Below, piece by piece: positions 29,592 through 40,625 of a stretch of DNA of 64,000 nucleotides. Made by a program: the position numbers and the translations under genes. The notes below the pieces were generated by a model, which ran no database searches, had not been told where the DNA came from, and saw only the letters and a program-made list of their open reading frames with translations. Where the stretch lies: positions 16,881-80,880 of the IMG/VR virus record IMGVR_UViG_3300027771_000009; one strand, 5' to 3'. Position 1 is the stretch's first letter, and each line of letters opens with the position of its first letter. This stretch comes from a virus.

Positions 29592-31856
29592 ATGGCAGAA
29601 AGAATTGTATCACCTGGAGTATTTACGAGAGAAAACGATTTATCGTTCTTGGCTCAAGGTATCGGAGAGATTGGAGCAGCATTTGTAGGACCTTTTAAAC
29701 AAGGACCAGCATTCGTTCCAACAATTATTAGAACTCAATCAGAATTTGAGGATAAATTTGGTAAACCAGACGGAACTTACTACACAGAATATGCAGTACA
29801 AAACTATCTTAGAGAAGCTGGTACTGTAACAGTTGTAAGAGTAATGAGTGAAGGTGGATATACACAAACAACACCTATTGGTTTAGTTGTTAGTGGTTCA
29901 TTGATTTCATCTATTCATTCAACCAACGCTGGTGATGAAGAAGTTGGATTTGGAGCATTTACTGTAAATAGTGGAACGGCATCTGGTTCGTTTGTGGTTA
30001 GTGGAAGTGGTATCGGAAACGTATCATCATCATTAAAACCATCAGACACTAATGATGTTAGTGATGTATTTGGTGAATCACCATTTGGTTCAAAGGATGG
30101 ATATGTATATTCTTACTTTGAGAATGTAGCAACATCAGCTGATTATTCAGGTGGAGTATCTGCGGTAGTATTACCATCGCAAGTATTTGGAGGCGCTTCG
30201 GCAGCATCTACACCATTTGTAAAATCACAATTGATTTCTGGTGTAAGAAGTGAATTATTTAAGTTCCATACGTTGGGTTATGGTACTAATGAAAATAAAA
30301 GATTTAAAGTATCTATCTCAAACGTAAAAGCAGCCGGAGAAGATGGTGGAACTGATTACTCATCGTTCTCAGTAACTATTAGAGGATTCGCTGATACTGA
30401 TAAGAGAAAAGTTGTATTAGAATCATTTAATAACGTAAACTTAGACCCAGCATCACCTAATTTCATCGCAAGAAGAATTGGTGATATGTATAGAACAATT
30501 GATTCTAATGGTAAGGTTACCGATAATGGTGATTGGTTAAATAACTCTAAATACCTAAGAGTGGAAGTTAAAGCAGAAGGTTCATACCCTGTTTCAGCTG
30601 CACCTTTCGGACATGGAGCTTATTCTAACCCTATTAAAGCTACGGATGCAACTATTATACCTGCAGCTGTTTACCAAACAAACTCATCAGATAATACTGC
30701 TGGTTCATCAGCAAAATATGCTGGTTTCGATTTCGAAACAATTGGTGTAAAAGGAGATAACGCTCATTATTTGAACGCAATCCCAACAACATCTGGAGTT
30801 GGTAACAACGTAGATTTCGGATTTGATTCTCAACTATCTTATGTAATGAGTGGTTCAGATTCTTCTGATATGGTTAAGAGACAGTTTACTTTAGGATTCC
30901 AAGAAGGTTTTGATGGAAAATCTCCATCTATTCCAAATAACTTAGGAGCAGATATAAATGGAGCTAACACTCAAGGGTTTGATTGTTCAACTTCAGTATC
31001 AGCTGGTTCGGTAGGATACATTAAAGCATTGAACGCAATTTCAAATGTGGATGAGTATGATATCAATATGTTGGTAACACCAGGTATTGTTAGAAAATTC
31101 CACCCATCAGTAACTACAAAAGCAATTGATGTTTGTGAAGCTCGTTCTGATGCATTTTACATCGCTGATTTCAACGGAGTTAGTGATACTATAAGTGAAG
31201 CAACTACTCAATCATCGGCAGTAGATACAAACTACGCAGCATCTTATTACCCTTGGGTTAAGACTGTTGATAGTAATACTAACAAACTAATTTCAGTTCC
31301 ACCATCAGTATTGATGCCGGCTGTATTCGCAGCGAATGACGCTATCGGAGCAGAATGGTTCGCACCTGCTGGTTTGAATAGAGGTGGTATTGTTGGAGCA
31401 GTTAGTGTATTGAATAGATTAACACACTCTGAAAGAGATACTTTATATGAAAACAAAGTAAATCCAATCGCTTCTTTCCCTGGGCAAGGTATTGTAGCAT
31501 TTGGACAGAAAACGTTGCAAGATAAAGCATCGGCATTGGATAGAATCAACGTAAGAAGATTACTAATCACTGTTAAGAAGTTTGTGGCATCTACATCTCG
31601 ATTCTTAGTATTTGAACAAAATACGGCTCAGACAAGAGGTAGATTCATAAATACTGTACAACCTTACTTAGAAGCAATTCAACAAAGACAAGGGTTATAC
31701 GCATTTAAAGTAGTAATGGATGAATCTAATAACGGCGCTGATGTTGTTGATAGAAACATACTTGCTGGACAAATATTCTTACAACCGGCTAAGACCGCTG
31801 AATTCATTGTAATAGATTTCAACATCTTACCAACTGGAGCAGCTTTTTCAGCATAA
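29592..31856 (+). CDS. Tail sheath protein (gp18-like)
   Basis: SPGVFTRE N-terminus; WFAPAGLNRG, VNPI, FGQKTL, RINVRRL, FEQN and PAKTAEFI motifs. Confidence 0.95.
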   Translation: MAERIVSPGVFTRENDLSFLAQGIGEIGAAFVGPFKQGPAFVPTIIRTQSEFEDKFGKPDGTYYTEYAVQNYLREAGTVTVVRVMSEGGYTQTTPIGLVVSGSLISSIHSTNAGDEEVGFGAFTVNSGTASGSFVVSGSGIGNVSSSLKPSDTNDVSDVFGESPFGSKDGYVYSYFENVATSADYSGGVSAVVLPSQVFGGASAASTPFVKSQLISGVRSELFKFHTLGYGTNENKRFKVSISNVKAAGEDGGTDYSSFSVTIRGFADTDKRKVVLESFNNVNLDPASPNFIARRIGDMYRTIDSNGKVTDNGDWLNNSKYLRVEVKAEGSYPVSAAPFGHGAYSNPIKATDATIIPAAVYQTNSSDNTAGSSAKYAGFDFETIGVKGDNAHYLNAIPTTSGVGNNVDFGFDSQLSYVMSGSDSSDMVKRQFTLGFQEGFDGKSPSIPNNLGADINGANTQGFDCSTSVSAGSVGYIKALNAISNVDEYDINMLVTPGIVRKFHPSVTTKAIDVCEARSDAFYIADFNGVSDTISEATTQSSAVDTNYAASYYPWVKTVDSNTNKLISVPPSVLMPAVFAANDAIGAEWFAPAGLNRGGIVGAVSVLNRLTHSERDTLYENKVNPIASFPGQGIVAFGQKTLQDKASALDRINVRRLLITVKKFVASTSRFLVFEQNTAQTRGRFINTVQPYLEAIQQRQGLYAFKVVMDESNNGADVVDRNILAGQIFLQPAKTAEFIVIDFNILPTGAAFSA

Positions 31857-31910
31857 ACTAAAAATAATAATTACTAATATTTATTAGTATAAAAGGAGAA
31901 AAACAAAAAA

Positions 31911-32399
31911 ATGGCAGAAGTATTAGAATTTAACGAAATGATGTTCACCAACTTCGAACCGAAGATGAAGAACCGATTTATAATGGAGATTGATGGAATT
32001 CAATCTTACCTTATAAAAACTGCGGCAAGACCTTCAATCAACTTCGAAACTGTGAAACTAGACCATATCAATACTTACCGCAAATTGCAAGGTAAGGGAG
32101 AGTGGCAAGATATAACAATCTCACTATATGACCCAATTGTACCTTCAGGTGCACAGCAGGTTATGGAATGGGTACGTTTAGGATATGAATCTTTAACTGG
32201 TAGAAAAGGTTACGCCGATTTCTACAAAAAGGATATTGATTTTTATATGTTAGGACCTGTTGGTGATAAGATAGAGCAGTGGAAGTTAAAAGGAGCATTT
32301 ATTACTTCGGCAAACTTCAATGATTTAGATTTCTCTTCTAATGATGCAGCTGATATCGAATTAACGTTATCTTATGATTACGCGATTTTAGAATTCTAA
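31911..32399 (+). CDS. Tail tube protein (gp19-like)
   Basis: Follows the sheath; 162 aa; GKGEWQDITISLYD and LTLSYD motifs. Confidence 0.9.
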   Translation: MAEVLEFNEMMFTNFEPKMKNRFIMEIDGIQSYLIKTAARPSINFETVKLDHINTYRKLQGKGEWQDITISLYDPIVPSGAQQVMEWVRLGYESLTGRKGYADFYKKDIDFYMLGPVGDKIEQWKLKGAFITSANFNDLDFSSNDAADIELTLSYDYAILEF

Positions 32400-32425
32400 A
32401 ATATAACACATATTTTATATAATAG

Positions 32426-32456
32426 AAAGGTTCCCTTGATTGGGAACCTTTTTTTT
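32426..32456 (+). terminator. Rho-independent terminator
   Basis: AAAGGTTCCC-ttgatt-GGGAACCTTT followed by a T run. Confidence 0.85.
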
Positions 32457-32506
32457 ATTCTTTTTTAACTTTTATATATTTATATACGAACAAATAAAGG
32501 TTAAAT

Positions 32507-33265
32507 ATGACAAAGCATGACTTTCCAACTGAAGTGATTAGTTTACCATCTGAAGGTAAATGTTATCCTTCTACAAATCCACTTTCTTCCGGTCAAATTG
32601 AAATAAAATATATGACAGCAAGGGAAGAAGAAATACTAACATCGCAAAACTTAATCAAAAAAGGTGTAGTTTTAGATAAATTATTTGAAGCTATTATAGT
32701 TGATAAGGGTGTTAATCCAGACGATATCATATTGGGTGATAAGAACGCTATTATGTTAGCAACTCGATTATTGGGATATGGTAAGGAATATACTGTTGAG
32801 ATGTTAGATTCCGAAGAAACCAAACATAAGGTTGTAGTTGATTTATCAACAGTACAAACAAAGGAGATTGATATAACAACTTTAAACCCAGAAAATACGT
32901 ACAAATTCACAACACCATTTGGTAAAAATGAACTTGAGTTCAAATACCTAACACATGGTGATGAAAAGGCAGTTGATATTGATGTAAAGGCATTAGCTAA
33001 GTTTAATAAAGGTGGCACTTCATCAGAATTAACAACTCGATATAGATATATGATTAAATCAGTAGATGGTGAATCGGATACTAAATCAATAGTTCATTTT
33101 ATAAACAATAAGTTTTTAGCTAGAGATACAAGAGCATTTAGAGATTTCGTAAAGGCAAATCAACCTGATATGAAAATGGAGTTTAACTATATAGACCCAG
33201 AATCGGGAGAAGAGGAGGTACGCTCGATTCCTATGGGCGTAGGGTTTTTTTGGCCTTCCGAGTAA
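32507..33265 (+). CDS. Baseplate hub/tail assembly chaperone (T4 gp26-like)
   Basis: LPSxG..Y, MTAREEEIL and D.NAIMLATR motifs; ends GFFWP; lies between tube and tape measure. Confidence 0.75.
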   Translation: MTKHDFPTEVISLPSEGKCYPSTNPLSSGQIEIKYMTAREEEILTSQNLIKKGVVLDKLFEAIIVDKGVNPDDIILGDKNAIMLATRLLGYGKEYTVEMLDSEETKHKVVVDLSTVQTKEIDITTLNPENTYKFTTPFGKNELEFKYLTHGDEKAVDIDVKALAKFNKGGTSSELTTRYRYMIKSVDGESDTKSIVHFINNKFLARDTRAFRDFVKANQPDMKMEFNYIDPESGEEEVRSIPMGVGFFWPSE

Positions 33266-33458
33266 CTATTCTAAGTTATTGCACACACAAATTTTTGAAT
33301 TATGTTACTATGGTAATGGATTCATTCAATCGGATGTGTATAGATTACCGGTCCACCTACGAAACTTCTACTATAAAAGTTTGTTAGATACAAAGAAAAA
33401 AGAGAAGGAATCGCAAGAGAAATCAGAAAGACAATCAAAAGTGAAGGTTAGAAAATAA
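33252..33458 (+). CDS. ATG-less ORF (gp51-like), probable frameshift extension of the chaperone
   Basis: GLPSNYSKLLHTQIFELCYYGNGFIQSDVYRLPVHLRNFYYKSLL...; +1 frame starting right after GGGTTTTTTT; absent from the ORF track. Confidence 0.65.
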   Translation, partial: GLPSNYSKLLHTQIFELCYYGNGFIQSDVYRLPVHLRNFYYKSLLDTKKKEKESQEKSERQSKVKVRK

Positions 33459-33471
33459 TCTTCACTTTTTT
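33439..33471 (+). terminator. Rho-independent terminator
   Basis: AAGTGAAGGTT-agaaaat-AATCTTCACTT then a T run; overlaps the stop of the +1 ORF. Confidence 0.7.
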
Positions 33472-33509
33472 TATATCTAATATTTATAAGAGTACAAATA
33501 GAAACATTT

Positions 33510-33773
33510 ATGAAAATAACAGAAAATCAAAAGAAACGATTAGTTTCAGCTGTTGCCAAACAACATAATATGAATGAAGGAATTGTAAGTACACTTCTAA
33601 AGTATGTATTGGCAAAAAAGCTTATGAGGGACCCTGATATTAAACGAATAGCTAAAAACTTAGATAAAGTAACTAAGGATGCTAGAGCTAAGTTTGATGA
33701 TATGGAGGCTAAGGGTGAAGTAAAACGAACACCTGAATTAATTGCATTGAGAAAATCATTGGGTATAGAATAA
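33510..33773 (+). CDS. Hypothetical basic protein
   Basis: 87-aa ORF with TATTTATA upstream. Confidence 0.6.
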   Translation: MKITENQKKRLVSAVAKQHNMNEGIVSTLLKYVLAKKLMRDPDIKRIAKNLDKVTKDARAKFDDMEAKGEVKRTPELIALRKSLGIE

Positions 33774-33782
33774 TAACTACAA

Positions 33783-36299
33783 ATGGCCGATAACTTAGAT
33801 AAAAACGCAGCTAAACAAAGGGAATCTATTAGATTAGAGAAAGAATACCAGGAAGCACTAAAGATGTCATCATCTTTATCTAATCAAATTACCAGTGCGT
33901 TAAGTTCCCAAGTCGATTTTAGAACTAAGTTAGGTAAAAAAGTTAAGGAGTATTATAAGGATTTGGAATCCAATATTTCTAATTTGGAATCATCGGACGA
34001 TATTGCAAAGGAACTTTTAAGAATAGAAGAAGAAAAGGCTAAGGTTAGTAAAAACTACTTTGGTACAAATGAAAAGGTTGGTAAGCAAAAATTACAAGCA
34101 TTAAGTATAACCGAAGAAAGTTTAAAAGTTGAACAAGGTAGGGTAGGTGCAATTGAAGAAGTTGCTAAACGAACTGAAGCATTTACTGATTCTTTAGGAA
34201 GTGGTTTAGATAGTGCTTTATCTGGATTTGATGCAATACCTGGTATAGGTAGTTCATTAAAAAATATGGCACAGGGCCCAATTAACGGATTAAAGAGTAG
34301 TTTCAAAGAAGTTGGTAAATCATTTACAACCAACTTCGCTACAAATTTAAGAGGTGGAGCTGGTATGATGAAATCTCTACAAATGGCCGGTGGTATCGCT
34401 GGTAAGGGTTTAATTGCTGCATTAACCGGACCACAAGCTATTATAGCTCTTATAGTTGCCGGAATTGCAGTAGGTATAGCTAGATTTGTGGCAATAGAAG
34501 CAGCAGCTAAAAAGTTTAGAGAGGAAACTGGTTTATTAAATTCCCAAATGGGTAATTTAAAGAAGGATATAAATAGTGTATCTACATCTATGGCAGATTT
34601 GGGTGTAGATGCATCCGATGTTGCTGGAGCGGCAGCAGCTTTCTCCAATGAAATGAAGGGAACTTCTATGGCTAGTAAAGGTGTACTAACATCAATGGTT
34701 GCTATGGAAAAGAGTTTTGGGGTATCTGCCGCAACTCAAGCAAAAGTAAATAATACATTCCAATTAATGTCTGGGGCATCTGATACAACTGCCCAAAAAA
34801 TGATTCAAACCACTATTGCAGCTGCAGAATTAGCTGGAGTAGCACCAGCAGCAGTTATGCAAGATATTGCAGAAAATGCTGAAGCTGGATTGATGCACTT
34901 TAGGGGTTCTACGAAAGCATTAGCAAACGCAGCAATTGAGGCTAGGAGAATGGGTACATCTATTGGAGAAACTACTAAAGTAGCCGAAGGTTTATTAGAT
35001 TTTGAATCATCAATTACAAAAGAATTGGAATTGGGTGCTATGTTGGGTACTCGTGTTAACTTCAATAAGGCAAGAGCGTTAGCATTTGAAGGTAAGACTG
35101 TTGAAGCTCAAAAAGCTGTAAACGCAGAAGTAAGTAAGTTAGGTGATATCAACAAAATGAATATGTATCAGAAGCAGGCCTTAATGGGTGCAACTAATAT
35201 GGATTTAAAGAGTTTGATTAAACAACAATCAATAGCTAAAAAATTCAAAGGTATCGATGGAGACCGATTAGCAGCAGTAAATTCATTATTGGATGCTGGG
35301 ATGTCAATCGAAGCTATAAGTGATAAGGCACTTGAAAACGAAGCTAAGAAATTGGGTGCACAAAAGGCAATGCAATCTGAAACTGATAAGATGGGAAATA
35401 CATTTAGTGCTCTTGGGACAGCTGTATCAGATATGTTCATGCCACTTGGTACATTCTTAATGCCATTACTTAGCGATGTATTTGAAATGGTTAATAATGT
35501 TTTACTACCGGTATTTAGTATGATAGGAACTGTGCTTAGAATTGCATTTGGAGTATTATCAGCAGTACTAAGACCTGTATTTGCTCTAATAAAAACATTA
35601 GCAGCTGCATTAATGGAACCATTCAGAGCTATTAGTGAGGCAATTAGACCAATTGGTGATAAATTTGAAGAAATAGGTCCAAGAATATTAAAAGCTATGG
35701 CACCTGTATTATCATTCATAAAAGTATTAGGTAAAGTAATTGGTGAAATAGTTGGGTTTGTGGTTGGTGGTCTTGTAGATGGGTTTATATTCGCATTTGA
35801 TATAATATTTAGTATATTTGAAGGCGCCTACAATTTTGTAGATACCTATTTAATATCACCACTTATGAGTATGATTGATATGATTCAAACGGGAATTGAT
35901 GCATTAGCATCTTTAAATCCATTTGGTAGTAGTGATGATGAACTTGTAAGTGAAGCTAGCCAACTACAATCAGGTGGAAGTATAGATGATGGTATTGTAC
36001 AAGATGGTAAGATTATATCAACACATCCAGAAGATACGTTAATAGCAACAAAAACTCCAGAAAGCTTATTTAATGAATCAACGGGTGGTGGTGTTTCTAA
36101 CGTTGTAGGTGGTATTGGTGAAATGATGGGTGGTCTTTTTGGTGGTGATAGTGGTGATTCGCAAATTGGTACTAAATTGGATGAACTAATCATTGTGATG
36201 AAAGCTAACAAAGATTTTTATATAGATGGTAAGAAAGTAACAGCATCCGTTTCAAGCACTGTTGATAAGATAGGTTCTAACTCATACGCAATAGTTTAA
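33783..36299 (+). CDS. Tape measure protein
   Basis: Long Ala/Gly-rich helical protein with amphipathic repeats; position after the chaperone. Confidence 0.85.
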   Translation: MADNLDKNAAKQRESIRLEKEYQEALKMSSSLSNQITSALSSQVDFRTKLGKKVKEYYKDLESNISNLESSDDIAKELLRIEEEKAKVSKNYFGTNEKVGKQKLQALSITEESLKVEQGRVGAIEEVAKRTEAFTDSLGSGLDSALSGFDAIPGIGSSLKNMAQGPINGLKSSFKEVGKSFTTNFATNLRGGAGMMKSLQMAGGIAGKGLIAALTGPQAIIALIVAGIAVGIARFVAIEAAAKKFREETGLLNSQMGNLKKDINSVSTSMADLGVDASDVAGAAAAFSNEMKGTSMASKGVLTSMVAMEKSFGVSAATQAKVNNTFQLMSGASDTTAQKMIQTTIAAAELAGVAPAAVMQDIAENAEAGLMHFRGSTKALANAAIEARRMGTSIGETTKVAEGLLDFESSITKELELGAMLGTRVNFNKARALAFEGKTVEAQKAVNAEVSKLGDINKMNMYQKQALMGATNMDLKSLIKQQSIAKKFKGIDGDRLAAVNSLLDAGMSIEAISDKALENEAKKLGAQKAMQSETDKMGNTFSALGTAVSDMFMPLGTFLMPLLSDVFEMVNNVLLPVFSMIGTVLRIAFGVLSAVLRPVFALIKTLAAALMEPFRAISEAIRPIGDKFEEIGPRILKAMAPVLSFIKVLGKVIGEIVGFVVGGLVDGFIFAFDIIFSIFEGAYNFVDTYLISPLMSMIDMIQTGIDALASLNPFGSSDDELVSEASQLQSGGSIDDGIVQDGKIISTHPEDTLIATKTPESLFNESTGGGVSNVVGGIGEMMGGLFGGDSGDSQIGTKLDELIIVMKANKDFYIDGKKVTASVSSTVDKIGSNSYAIV

Positions 36300-36303
36300 G
36301 ATT

Positions 36304-38100
36304 ATGCCAACATTACAAGAATTATTTAAAACTAAACAATTACCATCTCAGAATGGTAAGACTGCCGAAGAGGCTTATGATATCCAAAATTCAAAGGATA
36401 TCCGTATTTCATCGTCTGACCCCTTAGTAAATAATACTGGATTTGCGGCAGCAAGATTGTTAAGAAAAGGATTAGGTGTAAGAGGGAGTGAAACTCTCTT
36501 AGAAGAAGAGGTAGTAGGTGTAAGAATCATACGAGGATTATCAATCCCAGTTATATATGGTTCGGATTTACCAAGACTCCTACTTAGAACTACTCCATTA
36601 TTAGATGCAATGAAATCTAATGCAGGTGGTACTGAAGGTGATGGTGGATTAATTGGTGGAGCAATCTCAGGAGCAACCGCAGCAGTTAGTAAATTTTTAG
36701 GATTACCACAAACTATAATACCAACCAGAGTACATAAATACGAAAAAGTTGGAGGCTTAGAGAAATTTAATAGAAAGGGTGAAACTCAAAATATAATGGT
36801 TGAGTTGGCTAAGATTAAACAATCTGGTGAAGGTTCTCTATTAGGTAAATTCTTAAAAGATGGTGGTGGTGGAAACCTTAAAACTATTGGTAAGCAAGCA
36901 GTTGGTGGAGCAATCAATTTATTAAAAGATAAAATAAGAGGTAAATTATTTGGAGACCGTTCAAAGACTGGATTCAACACAGCTGGCTCAAATAAAGATG
37001 GTTCAAATACAAGTGTAAACTATGGTAGTTATGATAATGAACTTGGTGTAACTATTAAGACCAACAAAGAAACTGGTGTAAGAGATGTAGGTGGTTTGAT
37101 GTATTCAAAAACATTTAACCTAACCTTCAGAGATGATGATGAGCCTGGTAAATTAAACTTCATAGATTCAACTGATGAAGGTGAAGGTGGATTAGCAGCT
37201 AAAACCCCACAAGTAGTAAAACGTAGATTACAGGTACCCTCTATAATGGGTTTACCAGCCGATGAATATGACCTACCATTATATAGTACGTTGTATAACA
37301 CAATTGTAAGAAAAACGATTGAGGATGCTGCAAATGAAGATGGTACCCTTAAAGAAACTGAAAAAGTTGGGTTTAAATCAATCGATGAGGCAATTGATGA
37401 GGGTGAAGAAAATAGTGCTATTTTTGGTGAAAACGGAACACAAAAGTTTACTGATAAGTTAGAATTAACAATTGAACGAAATCGATTATCACCTGAAATT
37501 GATAAAGAAGGTAAATCATTAGTTAGTAAATACAAAATTGATACTAAATCAGATGGTGTTAATCAATTAGCAGTTGGTAGTGAAGATGATGCTTTAGATG
37601 TAGCACCCTTAAAATTTAAATCAATCGCTGGTGGAAAGACTGTTCAATTTAGACCAACCATAAGTGGATTAAGTGAAACCTTATCTCCATCTTGGGATAG
37701 TAATAAATTTGTGGGTAACCCATTTAGTTATCATACATACAGTGGTATTGAACGAAGTATTAGTTTTAACTTTAAAGTGTTTTCTTTAAATTTAGATGAG
37801 CATAAAATAGCATGGGATAAATTAAACTTTCTAACAGGATTAGTTTACCCACAATACTATTTTGATAATTCAGCAGTAGCACCACCATTTATTCAATTTA
37901 CATTGGGTGATTTATATAAAAATAAATATTCATTTATAGATTCATTATCATACACATTTGATGATAGTACTCCTTGGGAAATTGATGAGAAGAATTTTAG
38001 ATTACCTATGGTTATAGATGTAGCAGTAGGATTGAAATTTTTAGAAAGTAGAGGAAATACTTCTGGTAAGAAATTCTATTCATTTGACGTAACAACATAA
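36304..38100 (+). CDS. Baseplate/tube-initiator-like protein
   Basis: C-terminal ISGLSETLSPSW..FVG...YSGIERSISFNF...PPFIQFTLGD, tube-fold-like; synteny. Confidence 0.6.
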   Translation: MPTLQELFKTKQLPSQNGKTAEEAYDIQNSKDIRISSSDPLVNNTGFAAARLLRKGLGVRGSETLLEEEVVGVRIIRGLSIPVIYGSDLPRLLLRTTPLLDAMKSNAGGTEGDGGLIGGAISGATAAVSKFLGLPQTIIPTRVHKYEKVGGLEKFNRKGETQNIMVELAKIKQSGEGSLLGKFLKDGGGGNLKTIGKQAVGGAINLLKDKIRGKLFGDRSKTGFNTAGSNKDGSNTSVNYGSYDNELGVTIKTNKETGVRDVGGLMYSKTFNLTFRDDDEPGKLNFIDSTDEGEGGLAAKTPQVVKRRLQVPSIMGLPADEYDLPLYSTLYNTIVRKTIEDAANEDGTLKETEKVGFKSIDEAIDEGEENSAIFGENGTQKFTDKLELTIERNRLSPEIDKEGKSLVSKYKIDTKSDGVNQLAVGSEDDALDVAPLKFKSIAGGKTVQFRPTISGLSETLSPSWDSNKFVGNPFSYHTYSGIERSISFNFKVFSLNLDEHKIAWDKLNFLTGLVYPQYYFDNSAVAPPFIQFTLGDLYKNKYSFIDSLSYTFDDSTPWEIDEKNFRLPMVIDVAVGLKFLESRGNTSGKKFYSFDVTT

Positions 38101-38105
38101 ATATA

Positions 38106-38396
38106 ATGGCGAGTAGATATAAAAATAATGAAATAAAAAACACTAATGATGGTAGGAGAGTATATCGTTCTAAGATATATCCTCAGATACCATTAAGAGA
38201 TGATGATAAATATGTAGCTAGTGAAACTGGTGATAGATTAGATACACTTGCTTATCAGTATTATGATGATGCATCACTTTGGTGGATTATTGCATCTGCA
38301 AATAACATACACAATGCACCATTTGGATTAACCGATGGTACAATTCTAAGAATACCACAAAACTATATACAAATATTATCAAACTTCAACCAATAA
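38106..38396 (+). CDS. LysM-like baseplate wedge protein (gp53/gpX-like)
   Basis: GDRLDTLAYQYYDDASLWWIIASAN...GTILRIP. Confidence 0.85.
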   Translation: MASRYKNNEIKNTNDGRRVYRSKIYPQIPLRDDDKYVASETGDRLDTLAYQYYDDASLWWIIASANNIHNAPFGLTDGTILRIPQNYIQILSNFNQ

Positions 38397-38399
38397 GTT

Positions 38400-40613
38400 A
38401 TGTCAGATTTTCCAAATTTTACTCAAGTCCCGCCGCATGTAAATGCTCGTATTTCGGAAAGAATTGGAAACCCTAAGAAAGTTTCCAGTTTAAATTCTTG
38501 GATAAGAGTATCATCAGCTAATGGAACGGGTTTAATGTTATATTCAAATCCAAATATATCTACATTCAAAAAAGCTGGTGACAATAATATGGCATCAATC
38601 TATGGTAATGGTAAGGTATCTGGTATATTGGGTACCGATTGGTCTGGTGGAGCTGTTTATGCAAATGAGGGACAGGGATTCAAACCATCGCCAATTATTT
38701 CATCAATAGAAGTTGATGAAGGAGCTGGTGATTTATCAAGAAAGGCAAGCTTTTCCATAACTGCATTTACAAAAGAGCAGATGGAAAAATTATTAGAATA
38801 TTTTCTTGAGCCCGGATATACTGTATTTTTAGAATGGGGATGGAATACTGCAAATTCAGTAAGTGGTTGGGAAAGTAGCTTGTCTGGTCCAAGTGTTGCT
38901 AAATTTCAATCATTTAAAGAAGTAAATAAACGAAGAGCTGCTACTGGTGGTGAATATGATAATTATTTAGGATTTATTACTGGTGGAGGACTTTCACAAG
39001 ATGGTGATAAATGGACAATAAGTGTACAACTTACTGGATTTACTGAATTGCCAGGTTATATGATGTCAACTGAAAATGCAGAAGATGAGATAACTATCGA
39101 TGGTAAATCAGACCCTAAGATTGACCCGGCTGACCCTTTCGGAGCTAATTTAATCGAAAACGCTGGTAAAGCTGGTGAATTAGGTAAGGAACGTTTTATG
39201 CGAATGTTCAATGCTCTACCTGATAGTAGAAAAACACCAAGAGTACAAGAGTTAATAACAACATTATCTAACATTGAAAATTTTATTAATTGGGATGAAG
39301 ATGTTTCGGAACAAATTAATGGAGAAACTGAAGGTGGGTTTTGGTCTGGTAAATCTAAGAAAGATGTAGGTGGGACTGCGGTAGAGTTACCGAAAGGAAC
39401 CCAATTAATATCAGAAAACAAATTTATAAAATTTGGTGCAATGATGGAGATTGTGTTTGCAATTGGTTGCAATGGATTTAAATTATCAAATAAAAAAACT
39501 GTAAATTTCAGAGTAAATACATCAAGCACATATTGTATGGCATTTGACCATATGTATAGTTTAGACCCTACTATATTATACATACCAAATCCAAATACAC
39601 CTAAATTTAAAGTAGGAAAAGATAAAGTTGGATTAGATATAACCGATGTAAGTGATAATAGTAAAGGATTAAATGGAATTAAATTTCCAAATCAAGATCC
39701 ATTAGAAGTAACTACTAAAGGTGGTGCTCAAATTAAACAGGCAGGTAAATTTTGGGGCAAGTTAGATGACTTATATGTTAATTTTGACTTTGTTAAAGGA
39801 ATTTTAGAAACAAAAAACAATACAACAAAGGATGCACTTTATCAAATACTTAATGGTATGTCATCTGCGGTAAACGGATTATGGGATTTTCAAATAGTAG
39901 AAAAGGAATCTGAATTAGATGAAGGTGTAACCGAACTAACAGTTATAGATTTAAATTTCGTATCATCAGCACCTGGTGCAATTAACCTTACTATGAATAC
40001 TCAAGGTGAACAATCTATACTAATCGATTCATCATTAGATTTAGGAATTTCATCTGCAAAGATGAACTCAATAATTGGACAACGATTAAGTACAAGTTTA
40101 AATGGGAATGGTAAAGCAGTTCCATCTACATTATTTTCTGGAAACAAAGACATGGTGTTGAATCAAATGGATAAAAAAACTGATGCACAAAAACAACTAA
40201 CAGCAGCAGCAGCTGATGCAGCTGATGCTAAAAAGCAAGAAGCATTGGATGTTTTATTAGGTAAGTTATTCTTATACCCGCTTGTAACATTCAAAGAAGC
40301 ATCTGAGGTAAAGGATAAAGACTTATATGATATATGTTATATAGGTGCATATAAGGATGTTGAGACATTTGCAAAGATAAAGAAAAAGGAATTGGGTGAG
40401 ATAGTTGGTTCTGGTGCATTAATGCCAATTAACTTTTCATTTAAAATACATGGTATTAGTGGTATAAAGAGAGGGGATATGTTTAGAGTGAATGGATTAC
40501 CCTCTATGTATGAAAAAGTGGGTTCATTTTTCCAAACACTTTCTGTAAAGCATGTTATTGATGGTATGCAATGGACAACTGAAATAACTGGAGGATTTAG
40601 ACCTAAAAATTAA
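38400..40613 (+). CDS. Baseplate hub-like protein
   Basis: FLEPGYTVFLEWGW; C-terminal GISGI..GD.F...VKHVI...WTTEI; synteny. Confidence 0.6.
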   Translation: MSDFPNFTQVPPHVNARISERIGNPKKVSSLNSWIRVSSANGTGLMLYSNPNISTFKKAGDNNMASIYGNGKVSGILGTDWSGGAVYANEGQGFKPSPIISSIEVDEGAGDLSRKASFSITAFTKEQMEKLLEYFLEPGYTVFLEWGWNTANSVSGWESSLSGPSVAKFQSFKEVNKRRAATGGEYDNYLGFITGGGLSQDGDKWTISVQLTGFTELPGYMMSTENAEDEITIDGKSDPKIDPADPFGANLIENAGKAGELGKERFMRMFNALPDSRKTPRVQELITTLSNIENFINWDEDVSEQINGETEGGFWSGKSKKDVGGTAVELPKGTQLISENKFIKFGAMMEIVFAIGCNGFKLSNKKTVNFRVNTSSTYCMAFDHMYSLDPTILYIPNPNTPKFKVGKDKVGLDITDVSDNSKGLNGIKFPNQDPLEVTTKGGAQIKQAGKFWGKLDDLYVNFDFVKGILETKNNTTKDALYQILNGMSSAVNGLWDFQIVEKESELDEGVTELTVIDLNFVSSAPGAINLTMNTQGEQSILIDSSLDLGISSAKMNSIIGQRLSTSLNGNGKAVPSTLFSGNKDMVLNQMDKKTDAQKQLTAAAADAADAKKQEALDVLLGKLFLYPLVTFKEASEVKDKDLYDICYIGAYKDVETFAKIKKKELGEIVGSGALMPINFSFKIHGISGIKRGDMFRVNGLPSMYEKVGSFFQTLSVKHVIDGMQWTTEITGGFRPKN

Positions 40614-40625
40614 ATATAAGGTTTT

